A DNA stretch of 63,619 nucleotides, filler included, from Octopus bimaculoides (lineage: Eukaryota): assembly GCF_001194135.2 (NCBI RefSeq). It is 4 parts of 3 records of this genome, joined end to end, with 100 filler letters (N's around TTAATTAATTAA, not from the genome) between each part and the next. Parts side by side here need not be neighbours in the genome. Positions count along the whole stretch, not along the records: positions 22,056 to 45,485 come from NC_068989.1; 3 more parts are not named here. One strand, 5' to 3'. The position numbers and the translations under genes were made by a program. Below the pieces are notes generated by a model. That model saw only the letters and a program-made list of their open reading frames with translations, was not told the origin of the DNA and ran no database searches. Below, one piece after another: positions 24,316 through 36,872 of this stretch. The stretch's first letter is position 1, and every line of letters starts with the position of its first letter.

Positions 24316-24884
24316 ACTTGCCCGCACCTCTATCATTTAACTTCAGGTGACTCCTGTTTGAATGAACAAATCCATGTTCCAGTATCTTCTATCTGTGACC
24401 CACCGCGCACCACACACACACACACACACACACACACGGTACTACTAAAGCAGCACGGTCGCGCAGTCGCGCGTCCGCGCTAGCTAGTCGTGAGTGGTNN
24501 NNNNNNNNNNNNNNNNNNNNNNNNNNNNNNNNNNNNNNNNNNNNNNNNNNNNNNNNNNNNNNNNNNNNNNNNNNNNNNNNNNNNNNNNNNNNNNNNNNNN
24601 NNNNNNNNNNNNNNNNNNNNNNNNNNNNNNNNNNNNNNNNNNNNNNNNNNNNNNNNNNNNNNNNNNNNNNNNNNNNNNNNNNNNNNNNNNNNNNNNNNNN
24701 NNNNNNNNNNNNNNNNNNNNNNNNNNNNNNNNNNNNNNNNNNNNNNNNNNNNNNNNNNNNNNNNNNNNNNNNNNNNNNNNNNNNNNNNNNNNNNNNNNNN
24801 NNNNNNNNNNNNNNNNNNNNNNNNNNNNNNNNNNNNNNNNNNNNNNNNNNNNNNNNNNNNNNNNNNNNNNNNNNNNNNNNNNNN

Positions 24885-24959
<75 letters not shown>

Positions 24960-24984
24960 CCTATCTTTCTTCGTACGTACGTGC

Positions 24985-25015
<31 letters not shown>

Positions 25016-25163
25016 TGTATGTATGTATAAATTCAGAATTTACGTTTTTGTTCAATGAGTTCTGTTTCTAAAACATAGTATGATTTGGTGGAATATGGCT
25101 GCGGTTTCTAGCAGATCACACTTGCGTTCTGGTATGCGCGCGTGTATATATATAATATATATA

Positions 25164-25200
<37 letters not shown>

Positions 25201-27399
25201 GAATAGTTTTCTTTCGGAGCCCCCAAGACTGCTGATAAGAAGAGCAGGGATGGAGATGTGTTATCCTTTGCACCAGAGCAAACACTTCCTATCAACGACA
25301 TAGTTGAAGTGGTAATTGCGTTTAACGTATCAAACCAACGAAGGTGGAGGGTTCCACGTGTTAGAAATAGCAGCCAAATTTCTCTCAAATCTTACAGCAT
25401 TATCTTTTAATTATATAATGGACACATTTAATAACATCTTGTATCCAATATTTGAAAGGATAAAATGTCTTGGGCATATCTACTTAAGTGTGCTCCCCAA
25501 CAACTTTGTTTCCTCATAACTTCAAGAAAAAGAGACATTTTTAAATGGAATTTTGTACCAATACATTTTAGAAAGTGTAGATGGCAATACTTCGGTATTT
25601 AATACACGATGCCAGTTGTGAGTTCGTTTGTGCACGAGTGTGTGTTTAGTTGCTCAGCTCTGTCGAGTAGATAGATGAAAGACAATGTCACACAGTCTCT
25701 CATGACGTAGTAGAACTTTTATCGAAAGATTGCTGGAGTAGATAGCGGTTATATCGATCGATATTGGCTGCGAAAATTTTTTCGGAGGGGTTGGGAGAGG
25801 AGTTTTGGAAAATTCACACGAGTCAGCTTTGTTTCCTCATAACTTACAGAGGATTGGGTGTTTTTTTTTTTAATGGAATTTTTTATAGATACTTTTCAGG
25901 TGGTATAAATTACGATTATATCAGAATTTAATGTAAAAAAGAAACAAAGGAAAAAAATAGTGGACACGAACATATACATACAGACAGACTCATCACAACT
26001 TTTCAAAATTTCAAGTTTCTTGTAAAAAAATGTGATATGAGTCAATATGTATGTGTGCACACCCAGCAATTTTATTTATTTATTTTTGCACATCAAATTC
26101 CGATATAATCGTAATCTATACCATTTGAAAACTATTTGCAGAAAATGTCATTGAAAACAACCCCTTTTTCTGAACTTTATAAGGAAACAAATCTGTCTCA
26201 TGTGAATTATCAGTAAATTTACCGAATTATCTTAAGCTCCTCGACATCCCCTCAAAAAAAAAAAGAAAAAAAAGAAATTCATCTGAAATTTCGATATAAT
26301 AAGTGTCTACACTATCTAAAGATAGTGTAGACACTGATTATATTGGAATTTGTAGAACATTTCATTAAGAAATATCTATTTCTCTGAAGGTTATGAAAAA
26401 TCAAAGCTGGAGGGGCACTGTATGTCAGTCTTTGAGCAGAATTCCGTTCGATCAGATNNNNNNNNNNNNNNNNNNNNNNNNNNNNNNNNNNNNNNNNNNN
26501 NNNNNNNNNNNNNNNNNNNNNNNNNNNNNNNNNNNNNNNNNNNNNNNNNNNNNNNNNNNNNNNNNNNNNNNNNNNNNNNNNNCTAATCCGAAGCTGTGTT
26601 CAACACAAGGAGCTTCAGTTTAGTTTTATGATCTGCTTTGCTTAGAGAAGCAGATCATGAAAGAGGTGAAATCTTTTGTAATCTCTATTATTGCCTTCGA
26701 AAGAAAAAAAAAAAACCAAAACAAAAAGAAAAGAATAGAATAGAAAGGTAATAATAAAAGACAACAACTGACGTATTAGATAATGTTATCGTAAATAAAA
26801 TGGTGATGCACTGAATGCCGAACGGGCAATCTTAGATAAGCGAAATTTCATTCTAAGTCGTTGAAAAAGAAGAAAACATTTGCAGCAATTGTTAGAGAAA
26901 AAAATAAAAACGAGGGAGTGAAGAATAATTTCAAAGAATTAAGAATTAATTCCTCAATTTCATTTTCATGCATGCATAGTCGTCACTTGTAAGCGAGTAT
27001 AACTATGATTTTGTTAACTGCCTTGGCTACCCATGTAGCAGCCCTTCCGCCCTTGACTCTGTAGAATATCCATTGTTCTGACAGCTGGAGGAAGAAAGGA
27101 TAGACTCAGCACTGGTATACTATTAATTTTCAGCTGAGAAGAAATGAACCACCGAAAAATGAAGTGTCTTGCTCTATGGAACAACACGCTGCCTGATTCA
27201 AAACTCAAATCCACGTCCTTATGATCGTAGGACCAGCACCTTAATCACTAGGTCACGCATCTTTGGCCTGCTTTACATGTGAACGAGAAGCTAACAGCAA
27301 TTAGTCGTAAGTGACTCTTAAAGGAAAAAATATAAACTTTCGAGAAATTAAGGATTAAGTTCTCAATTTAATTTATAAAATTTTTGTCTGTGGGTAAAG

Positions 27400-27430
27400 G
27401 ACAATGTTTCGGTCATTGTGACATCATCAG
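27400..27430 (-). ncRNA. Minimal hammerhead core, decayed and hit by a SINE insertion
   Basis: Minus strand CUGAUGA-U-GUCA-CAA-UGAC-C-GAAA-C-AUU-G-UC. Helix I does not pair and position 10.1 is U instead of G. Confidence 0.45.
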
Positions 27431-27433
27431 TAT

Positions 27434-27810
27434 TGTTGTTGGCACTCCGTCGCTTACGACGTCGAGGGTTCCAGTTGATCCGATCAACGCAACAACCTGC
27501 TCGTGAAATTAACGTGCAAGTGGCTGAGCACTCCACAGACACGTGTACCCTTAACGTAGTTCTCGGGGATATTCAGCGTGACACAGAGTGACTAGGCTGA
27601 CCCATTGAATTACAGGCACAACAGAAACAGGAAGAGTGAGAGTGAGAGAAAGAGTACAGCAGGGTTCACCACCATCCCCTGCCGGAGCCTCGTGGAGCTT
27701 TAGGTGTTTTCGCTCAATAACACTCACAACGCCCGGTCTGGGAATCGAAACCGCGATCCTATGACCGCGAGTCCGCTGCCCTAACCACTGGGCCATTGCG
27801 CCTCCACACC
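27434..27810 (-). mobile_element. SINE family C, young full-length copy with 10-bp TSD
   Basis: Head GGCGCAATGGCCCAGTGGTTAGG...GGTTTCGATTCCC (A and B boxes) and a (CAA)n tail. TSD TCATCAGTAT at 27424-27433 and 27811-27820. Confidence 0.9.
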
Positions 27811-28059
27811 TCATCAGTATAATATAGTACTATTTCACCAAATCTAAAGATCAGACACAGACGTTTGCGCATAAGAAAAGCTACAAATACTTTAGGTTTG
27901 AGTAATTAGCATATTTAATTGCATATTTAAAGATAGAAATAAGCTCAGGGAAATAATGAAATTCGGCCAATTACATGGATGTACGTAATTAAGTACGATT
28001 TGGTGGAATATAGCTGCGGTTTCTAGCAGATCACACTTGCGTTCTGGTATGCGCGCGTG

Positions 28060-28114
<55 letters not shown>

Positions 28115-29491
28115 GAATACCATATGTCAAAAATTTAGCAATTTTAATTGGAGAGAGAAAACAAAGCTTGGCAGTTTTTGTTTTTGTAAGTGTCTCTCAG
28201 AAAAAAAGGTGAATGGGACCGGAGACTGAAAAATGTCAAGAGATTAAAAATTAATCTCTCGAGTTTTCTTTACATGCTTAGACATGCAAAATAACGTCAT
28301 TTTAGGGCAAGGGGGACAACTAAGGATACATTTCGTTCGACTAGACCTCAGCCTGCAGATTCGGAGAGAGAGACAATGTCAAGAGATTAAAAATTTATAT
28401 GCTTAGGCATATAAATTAAAGTATTTTTAGGCACGGGGGACAACTAAGGATGTATTTCGTTCCAAAACATCATCTTTTAACTTAAACATCCAAATTCATG
28501 TTGTTGGCCTCATTGAATATATTTCTCTTGCCTCACTGTAAGTGAGCTCCTCCTTTGAAAAAAAAAAAAAAAAAAAAAAGAAGAGTTTGGATGATCTCGT
28601 CTTGAATGCTTTTTGATCATAAGTTTGCATGAACTGGGTTTACCTTGTGTTAAAGAACAAAACAATCACAAGTAAACTAGCTGTAAATTCTCATTTTCAG
28701 TGTTCATTGCCTAATCTCTCATGGAATTTTACTTAGTAGCTTTCTGTTGATTAAGAGAACAGAAAATTTTTAAATGCAATGAGCTAAGGGAGCTAACTCA
28801 AATGGACCGAATGATAATTCAGTTAAAGATTAACGTAATTTTTGTTTGAGAAAGTAAACAATAGCTGAACAGCAGCCGTTAGCGACGCTCAGACAAAAAG
28901 GGAGATAATTTGAAGAAATTAGAATTAATCGCTGGAAGTTGATCGATTGTTTAGAGAAAGGACAATCGGTTCTTTATTTCAAAGCGAAGCAACAACGCTC
29001 TACATGTTTTGGTATATTAGACCTTATCGGCATCGCATTTCATCGGAGATAGATTAGTAAACGTGGAGCCTATAGTCCAGCTCTCAAAAGTTTTTTACAG
29101 AAAGAATGGACAAAATGCCTGGCCTTGTTGACTTTATTTTTTATCTTTCCGGGACAAGTAAAAGAAGTACCAGTCAGATTCTGGAGAAGATTTATACAAC
29201 AATTCACCCTTCCTTCGAATCCCTGTCGCCTTTTTGCCCTTATTAATATGCTGTGCGTTGGCGGGGTAACACCTCTTAAAAGCAATAACAATCACCACTG
29301 TAAAGTACTCTGGGGTCTTGAGTAATCATCCCCTCCCCCGCTTATTAATTTTTAAGATTCCTTCGCCACTGCTTTCATTCCAGACCTCCCCCTTTTAAAA
29401 TTTTATCAATCTGTCTCCGATGAAATTTTATTGTAAGCTATTCATATTGATACAACAGCTGGAGAATCCAATAACAATCTTATTTTACGTT

Positions 29492-29592
<101 letters not shown>

Positions 29593-30506
29593 TGACAAAA
29601 AAAGAACATTACAAGTAATACCATATGTTATAAAATAAATAGAATATATAAACTAAATGACTAATACTGGTTTGAAAAAGAAATCAAAAGTGAAAGCCTA
29701 GAAAATTTTAGATAGTGTTTTCTCATTTCGGCACAAAACCAATAATTTGTGGGGTGGACAAGTGGATTAAAACAGCCCAGTACATTACTGGTGCTTTGTT
29801 TTCTCGACCCTGTTGGGATGAAAGGTAAAGCTAACCTCATCTGAATTGAACTCAGAACGCAATGAGCCATAGCTCTATGCCCTGATGCTTAGGCACAAGG
29901 GCAAAGTCGATTAAACTGACTCCCGTTACTTGTGCTAAACAACAAACTCTGAGGAATTCATTCTTATTTTAAATGACACAAATAGTGAATCAACATGACA
30001 AAAAAAAAAAAGAAAAAAAAACCAGATGACAGGAATGGGAAGAAAACCTAGAGTGTTCTATTTCTTTTCATAACGCTTGGAAGAAAAATATTTATCCACA
30101 GTTATGTAGCCAACGTTCATGTAGGTGAGCCTTCAACATTTTAGGGCATTGATAACCTTCAACCCTAAGAAGATCAATCATTTCGAGAGACAACACACCT
30201 GCTTCAGAACACATAGAAAACAGGGAAATTGGTGTCAGAAAATATGCTTTACAACCAGCGAGAACTTATAAAAACTTGAGACTGTAACATTACGCGTGAG
30301 ATTACTGCTACTCCACACTGTAGACAACAAATCTTCATTTTCAATTTCTCTACGATTTCTCTACCAATCACCAACACAAATCCCACGCAAGCTAAAGACT
30401 TCAATGACGAACTGTTTATTCTTACAAAACAAACTTTTTACGGAATAAGGATTTAACATCAACATGATTCAAATAATTTCTCTTCAAACTTTTTTTTATA
30501 ACATCA

Positions 30507-31709
30507 TGGCAGAGAAAAGAGTATTTCGTGGTGCGACATATGGAAATTATTCTATAGAAGAAATGCAAGCACTTGCTATGATGGTGAACAAATGCAAAAA
30601 GGAGTATGATTCTGAATTAGAGCGAATGAAAGGGAAAACTCATTGGAATGCTAAAAAGAAACGCCTTGTGCCAGACACCCTGAAATAAGGATATCTCGCC
30701 AAAGCAGTGCGTTTGTTTTACTCGAATTTGGCCAGTGTCTAAAACTCTGATCGACTATTTGATTCTGCTATGAAAAATATCTGAAAGGCGAGCTTGACAG
30801 CACTGAAAAAAGAAATCCAAAGAAACGTTTCAGAGTCGCTGGTGGAGGTCGTAAAACAAAAGCACCAAGCGTGAGAGACGCCTTGTTTGAATGGTTTGTG
30901 GATGTTAGAACATGCGAGATTACCGCAAGTTTTTTTCCTATTACTAGCTGAAAAATTTTATGAGGAAGTTTCGCAGGAGCCAAAGCACGGTCAGTCAAAC
31001 ATGATGACCAGAAGCTCTACCTCTCTTTTAGGAATCAGCAATGATGATCAGGCTAATAAAGATGCTCTGTTCCTTGAAAAAAATACAGATGGTGTTGGTT
31101 GAAAACGCGACCTCTACACTTTTCTTGCCATATCGAAGCAAACTTATGTCGACTGTCACTGAACCTTGGTGATCCGTAAAGAAGCGAATGTCGAAACTGA
31201 GAAACCTGCAGAAGGACAATGACGAAAAATCACGAGTCTATCATTTATATCAATTTACAGAATACTATGCTTTACTATGTGTTGTATAATAAATACTGCA
31301 AGTTCGCGAAGCGATAAATATAGTTTTTCATAGTGTTCTACTTTTCATTCTTTTTAAGACGTGTTGCTTTGTATCAATATCTGTTTAGTCCACAGTGTTT
31401 TCAAAAAACACATGATTACCATAATTAACAAATGTCTTATTTTTATTATCCAAATGCATATCTTAACTAAAGTGAACGTTTAAAGCACACGTATTTGCTA
31501 ATTTCACTTACCTCCTGTTAATTTTTTTTTTGCCTTGTTGTCTCGTTAAATGTGCTTTAAGATGCTTTTTTCCTAATTTTCGTACATACACTATATAGTT
31601 ACTGATTCCCACCCACCCTCGTGTATTGCAACCCACCCGCTTATGTGAATTTAAGCAAATGCCCAACCCACCTGCTTATTCCCCAATTATTATTTGGGAC
31701 CCGAGAGTA
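30507..31709 (+). mobile_element. pogo-like DNA transposon relic (CENP-B-type HTH) with right end
   Basis: KRFRVAGGGRKTKAPSVRDALFEWFVDVR at about 30820-30910, in a frame broken by stops. The right end GGGACCCGAGAG|TA has subterminal CCAACCCACC repeats. Confidence 0.7.
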
Positions 31710-31904
31710 AATAACTGGTTTTAAAAAAATTCAAGGGAGACAATATAGAAAATTTTAAAATTTTATACAGTTACCACTATACAATTACCGATTTTCCAAC
31801 CCTCAACAATTATTCCAACCCACCCACTTATATGAATTTAAGCAAATGTCCAACCGACCTGCTTATTCCAACCCCACCTATTATTTGGGACCCGAGAGTA
31901 TATG

Positions 31905-32090
31905 GAGAACAAAGTTGGCGTAAACATGTCTCCCTCTATAACACCATTGTTCGCTTGAATCGGTTTCGACAGAATACCATTCGAGGTGAAGTAGGAATTC
32001 ATGCCAATGTTAAGTTGAAGAAACAAATCAAGAAACTTAGCACCTTATTTTTCCAAAGATTCTCCACAGCGAATTACTCTTTTCCTTGTG
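31905..32090 (-). mobile_element. RTE-type RT fragment
   Basis: KFLDLFLQLNIGMNSYFTSNGILSKPIQANNGVIEGDMFTPTLFSIY, matching the GVKQG...APTLF motif. Confidence 0.7.
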
Positions 32091-32184
32091 TTTGTAGAGA
32101 CGTTTTGATGAGTGTCTGTCTAAGTTAGTATGTATTAGCGAAAGTCATGTGTTTCTGGGGAATTTTGCTCGGTGTGTGTGGGTA

Positions 32185-32218
<34 letters not shown>

Positions 32219-34049
32219 NNNNNNNNNNNNNNNNNNNNNNNNNNNNNNNNNNNNNNNNNNNNNNNNNNNNNNNNNNNNNNNNNNNNNNNNNNNNNNNNNN
32301 NNNNNNNNNNNNNNNNNNNNNNNNNNNNNNNNNNNNNNNNNNNNNNNNNNNNNNNNNNNNNNNNNNNNNNNNNNNNNNNNNNNNNNNNNNNNNNNNNNNN
32401 NNNNNNNNNNNNNNNNNNNNNNNNNNNNNNNNNNNNNNNNNNNNNNNNNNNNNNNNNNNNNNNNNNNNNNNNNNNNNNNNNNNNNNNNNNNNNNNNNNNN
32501 NNNNNNNNNNNNNNNNNNNNNNNNNNNNNNNNNNNNNNNNNNNNNNNNNNNNNNNNNNNNNNNNNNNNNNNNNNNNNNNNNNNNNNNNNNNNNNNNNNNN
32601 NNNNNNNNNNNNNNNNNNNNNNNNNNNNNNNNNNNNNNNNNNNNNNNNNNNNNNNNNNNNNNNNNNNNNNNNNNNNNNNNNNNNNNNNNNNNNNNNNNNN
32701 NNNNNNNNNNNNNNNNNNNNNNNNNNNNNNNNNNNNNNNNNNNNNNNNNNNNNNNNNNNNNNNNNNNNNNNNNNNNNNNNNNNNNNNNNNNNNNNNNNNN
32801 NNNNNNNNNNNNNNNNNNNNNNNNNNNNNNNNNNNNNNNNNNNNNNNNNNNNNNNNNNNNNNNNNNNNNNNNNNNNNNNNNNNNNNNNNNNNNNNNNNNN
32901 NNNNNNNNNNNNNNNNNNNNNNNNNNNNNNNNNNNNNNNNNNNNNNNNNNNNNNNNNNNNNNNNNNNNNNNNNNNNNNNNNNNNNNNNNNNNNNNNNNNC
33001 TACTACTACTACTACTACTACTGTTTAGATGGGTAGCTAAAGAGCTGAATGTCCTCATATGTCCTGGGTCCGTTTAGTTGTCTGTGAGAGACCCTCTTCC
33101 GAGAACAGTTCCGTGACCTGCTAATTATGTATGTATGTATGTATGTATGTATGTATGTATATGCACATACCACATATGTATACAAGACAGGTTTCCACAG
33201 ATTTTTCGTCATAAATTATAGGTAAAAAACACTGGCCGAAGGTATTTTGACGTAGAGAGATCGAACTCAAAATTATATGATTACATAGCGCACTTCATAG
33301 GTATACAACCACAACTCAATTTTAGTCATGTAGCTGGGGAAAAGATGAAATGCTGTCGAGTATTCTGGTCCCGTTATTGTATTGTCTCTGATAACATAGA
33401 GCCTTCAAAATCAAAAATATTTTAAATTTCGTTTCATAAATGACTTTACAATATCATGTTTTTTTTTTCTTTTCATTTTTCCTTTCTTCTTGCTATTGTT
33501 AATAATGTATAATCTTCAGACGAAAATAATAGGATCCATTATGTCACAGCAATCATTGACAATTGATTGCTATTAAGCTGGTTTAAAACTAATTGCACAA
33601 CAAAAACTATTTTATAATTGCTTGTTGATAATGAAAATTTAACTTCCGAAGCAGCTGGAAATATTAGCTGTGAATCCATTTCCTCAATAGTTTTGTTAGT
33701 TTCATTTAACATTTTGAAGCCACTTATCAGTAATTCAACGCTATCTGCTTGCATTTTAAAACACGTCTTCGAAGCGCATATGTACTTGCTTCACTTTGAA
33801 TATTAACATTATACATAATAAATACTACGGCAGCAGCGTATCTGTATGTGTTTGTCGTAAGAAGGTTAGATTACATAGTAGAAAGACAAAGGAGTTTAGT
33901 TCGCATTGAGACATCAGAGAGGTATTCTTTTTTCTTTTTTTTTTTTGATATACAATTACAGTTAATTCCCCAATATGGTGCTAAATATCGCAGCCAGATG
34001 TGCCTCAGATCATAACCTTTTCACTTTAAATACGAACAGAGCTATTAGT

Positions 34050-35140
34050 TCATGTAGCCTAAAGTACACTTGCATGTGTTTCTTCTGTATGATGGATATA
34101 TGTTCAAAACACATACGACGAATGTGTTCGCTGAAGTTATAGACAGGAGTATCAGCTTTTGTTAAATACATTCATCCGTAGCAGCCGAGACAATGCTGTC
34201 GAATCACTGGATATCCCAGAATCTCTTGCACTAACGACTCAATTGCATTATAAACATATGTTCGTCGTAAAGGAAAAGATGTCCTGTGACGAAACATAAC
34301 AGTGATTAGCATATTTACGTTCGAATTTGCTGGAACGTATTTGCAATACGCAACTCATCGTTTGGAATCTCGCTGATCACCGTGCTTATGATGATGTATT
34401 ATCGGTTGCAAGACAGCATGGATCAGTGAAGAGTTTGTTCGCTGCTTTATAAACAAGATCATTAACCCTTGTTAATTAATTGGCCCGGGGATGTTAATTT
34501 CTTTGGCTTCCGAGATATAATGATGTCGATCAACCGTCAGTCCTAGAATTCCCTGTGCTAATGAATCGACTGCATAATGAACACATATTCGTCGTGAAAG
34601 AAAAGCCATTCTCCTGTAACGAAACACAGCAGCGATTTGTATTTTCACGTTCGAATTTACTGGAACGTATTAAAAATAAATATGCAAAGTTATCGTAACT
34701 ACATTTAAAAATCACAGTTAATCGCTACGTACGACTAAATACCCTGAGTAATATAACATACAAACACCACCTACAAATCATTCCTCCATACGCACATATG
34801 CACGACATACATGCAGTATCCGCAGCGTTTGTAGCTAGTCGAGTAGCCCTTTGTTCCTGGCCCTCTGAAGCCCTGGAAGCAGCATTAGCAGCAGCGTTTC
34901 TAGCCAGGTGAGTTACCCTTTGCTCTGGGCCCTCTGTAGCCCTGGAAGAAGCATTGTATGAAGCCATTTCGTCTAGGCGTACGGTGCGCTGTTGGAAACT
35001 TTCAGCAGCTCGGCTTTCCGCTGAACGTAAGGCGATCTATGAAAGTCTAAAAGGAGTTTGGTCGGAGGACTCGTTTGCTCTATTCGCCTTTAGCGCCAGT
35101 GCTGACGCTGTATGGCGACTTCACTTTTTCGGTAGCATTT
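34050..35140 (-). mobile_element. Degenerate Helitron RepHel N-terminal region with four 23-aa repeats
   Basis: Repeats start at 35081, 35012, 34943 and 34874, exactly 69 nt apart (RANESSDQTPFRL, RAAESFQQRTVRL, RATEGPEQRVTHL, RASEGQEQRATRL). Downstream are KFERENTNRCC and LQRTHSSY, resembling Helitron N-terminal motifs. Confidence 0.6.
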
Positions 35141-36872
35141 CATGTCCCAAAGAAAGGGTGAAAGTTACTTGTACAGCGAAATTGTCCTGGAAAGTATGAG
35201 TAAAATTGAAGGGGGAAAGGGTGATAAGAAACGGCAAAGAAATAAATCAACTGACAGGTATTTGTATGTATCTGTGTATTTGTATGTATGTGTGTATTTG
35301 TATGTATGCATGAGTGTGTATTCTCTCTATATATATATATGGTAGTAAGTAAATGTGTTTTAAAAAAGATCTTCAAAAAACTCAAAGTTTGTACGGAAAC
35401 TTTGTCGATCGTATTTGAAAAAGATTGACAGGTATTTGTATGTATGTGTGTATTTCTATGTATGCATGTATGTATGTATGTATGTATGCATGTATGTATG
35501 AGTGTGTATTGTTTCTATATATAGACTCCTCCCCTCCTTCAAACGAGCAAACAACCTATGAGACCTCTAGGTCCACAGCTCCTTCCCTAACCCAACCTCC
35601 CAACCCGTGTAGTTCCTTTGCTCCCGCCCACGCTGCCGCATTTCCCCTTACCTCTCCAACACCACTCTCCTCACCGGCACCCATCATCGACCCTATCACA
35701 TCACCGACTCCTTCACCTGCACTTCTACAAATATCATCTACTNNNNNNNNNNNNNNNNNNNNNNNNNNNNNNNNNNNNNNNNNNNNNNNNNNNNNNNNNN
35801 NNNNNNNNNNNNNNNNNNNNNNNNNNNNNNNNNNNNNNNNNNNNNNNNNNNNNNNNNNNNNNNNNNNNNNNNNNNNNNNNNNNNNNNNNNNNNNNNNNNN
35901 NNNNNNNNNNNNNNNNNNNNNNNNNNNNNNNNNNNNNNNNNNNNNNNNNNNNNNNNNNNNNNNNNNNNNNNNNNNNNNNNNNNNNNNNNNNNNNNNNNNN
36001 NNNNNNNNNNNNNNNNNNNNNNNNNNNNNNNNNNNNNNNNNNNNNNNNNNNNNNNNNNNNNNNNNNNNNNNNNNNNNNNNNNNNNNNNNNNNNNNNNNNN
36101 NNNNNNNNNNNNNNNNNNNNNNNNNNNNNNNNNNNNNNNNNNNNNNNNNNNNNNNNNNNNNNNNNNNNNNNNNNNNNNNNNNNNNNNNNNNNNNNNNNNN
36201 NNNNNNNNNNNNNNNNNNNNNNNNNNNNNNNNNNNNNNNNNNNNNNNNNNNNNNNNNNNNNNNNNNNNNNNNNNTTCCCCAATCTAGCCTCCCCATCTCC
36301 CAACACCATTACACCACACCACACACTACTACACCATACCACACAACACATCACATCACAACACAGCACCACGCACACATCAGCACTGACCAATTCCCAG
36401 CCCCACATTTTCACACCTACACATACACACATGCACACGTCAAGATCACCAGCCCTCTTCCATACGCACATACGCACGCGCACCTTCGTTTTGGGATCAC
36501 CACCACTTTATTATCTCCCCTTCTTCCTAGCTCTCATGTGTGATCCTTCTGTCCGGCATTCGCCATGATAGATCGCTAGCCACTACACATTCTTTATTTA
36601 TATATTTAGTATAATCAGCAAATACTCTCTCATTTGTTGTTGGTGCTTACGACTTGTGTTTTAACAGAATGAGGGTACTTTGATCAGTGTAGTGTTGTTG
36701 CGAGAAGAATGCATGCTGTCGGTGTAATTCTTCGGATTACATTCTCGGTAGTTACATTTTCCCCGTGATCATTTATATTAATTATTGAAATTTCTAACAA
36801 ACGTTTATTGTTTCAATTATGTTATGCCCATGTTGAAAGCAAAAACGGGAAACATATATTTATATATATATA

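Noticed and set aside
33539-33754. 71-aa minus-strand ORF (MQADSVELLISGFKML…)
   Set aside because: No recognisable motif or splice signals. It may be further Helitron debris but cannot be supported.
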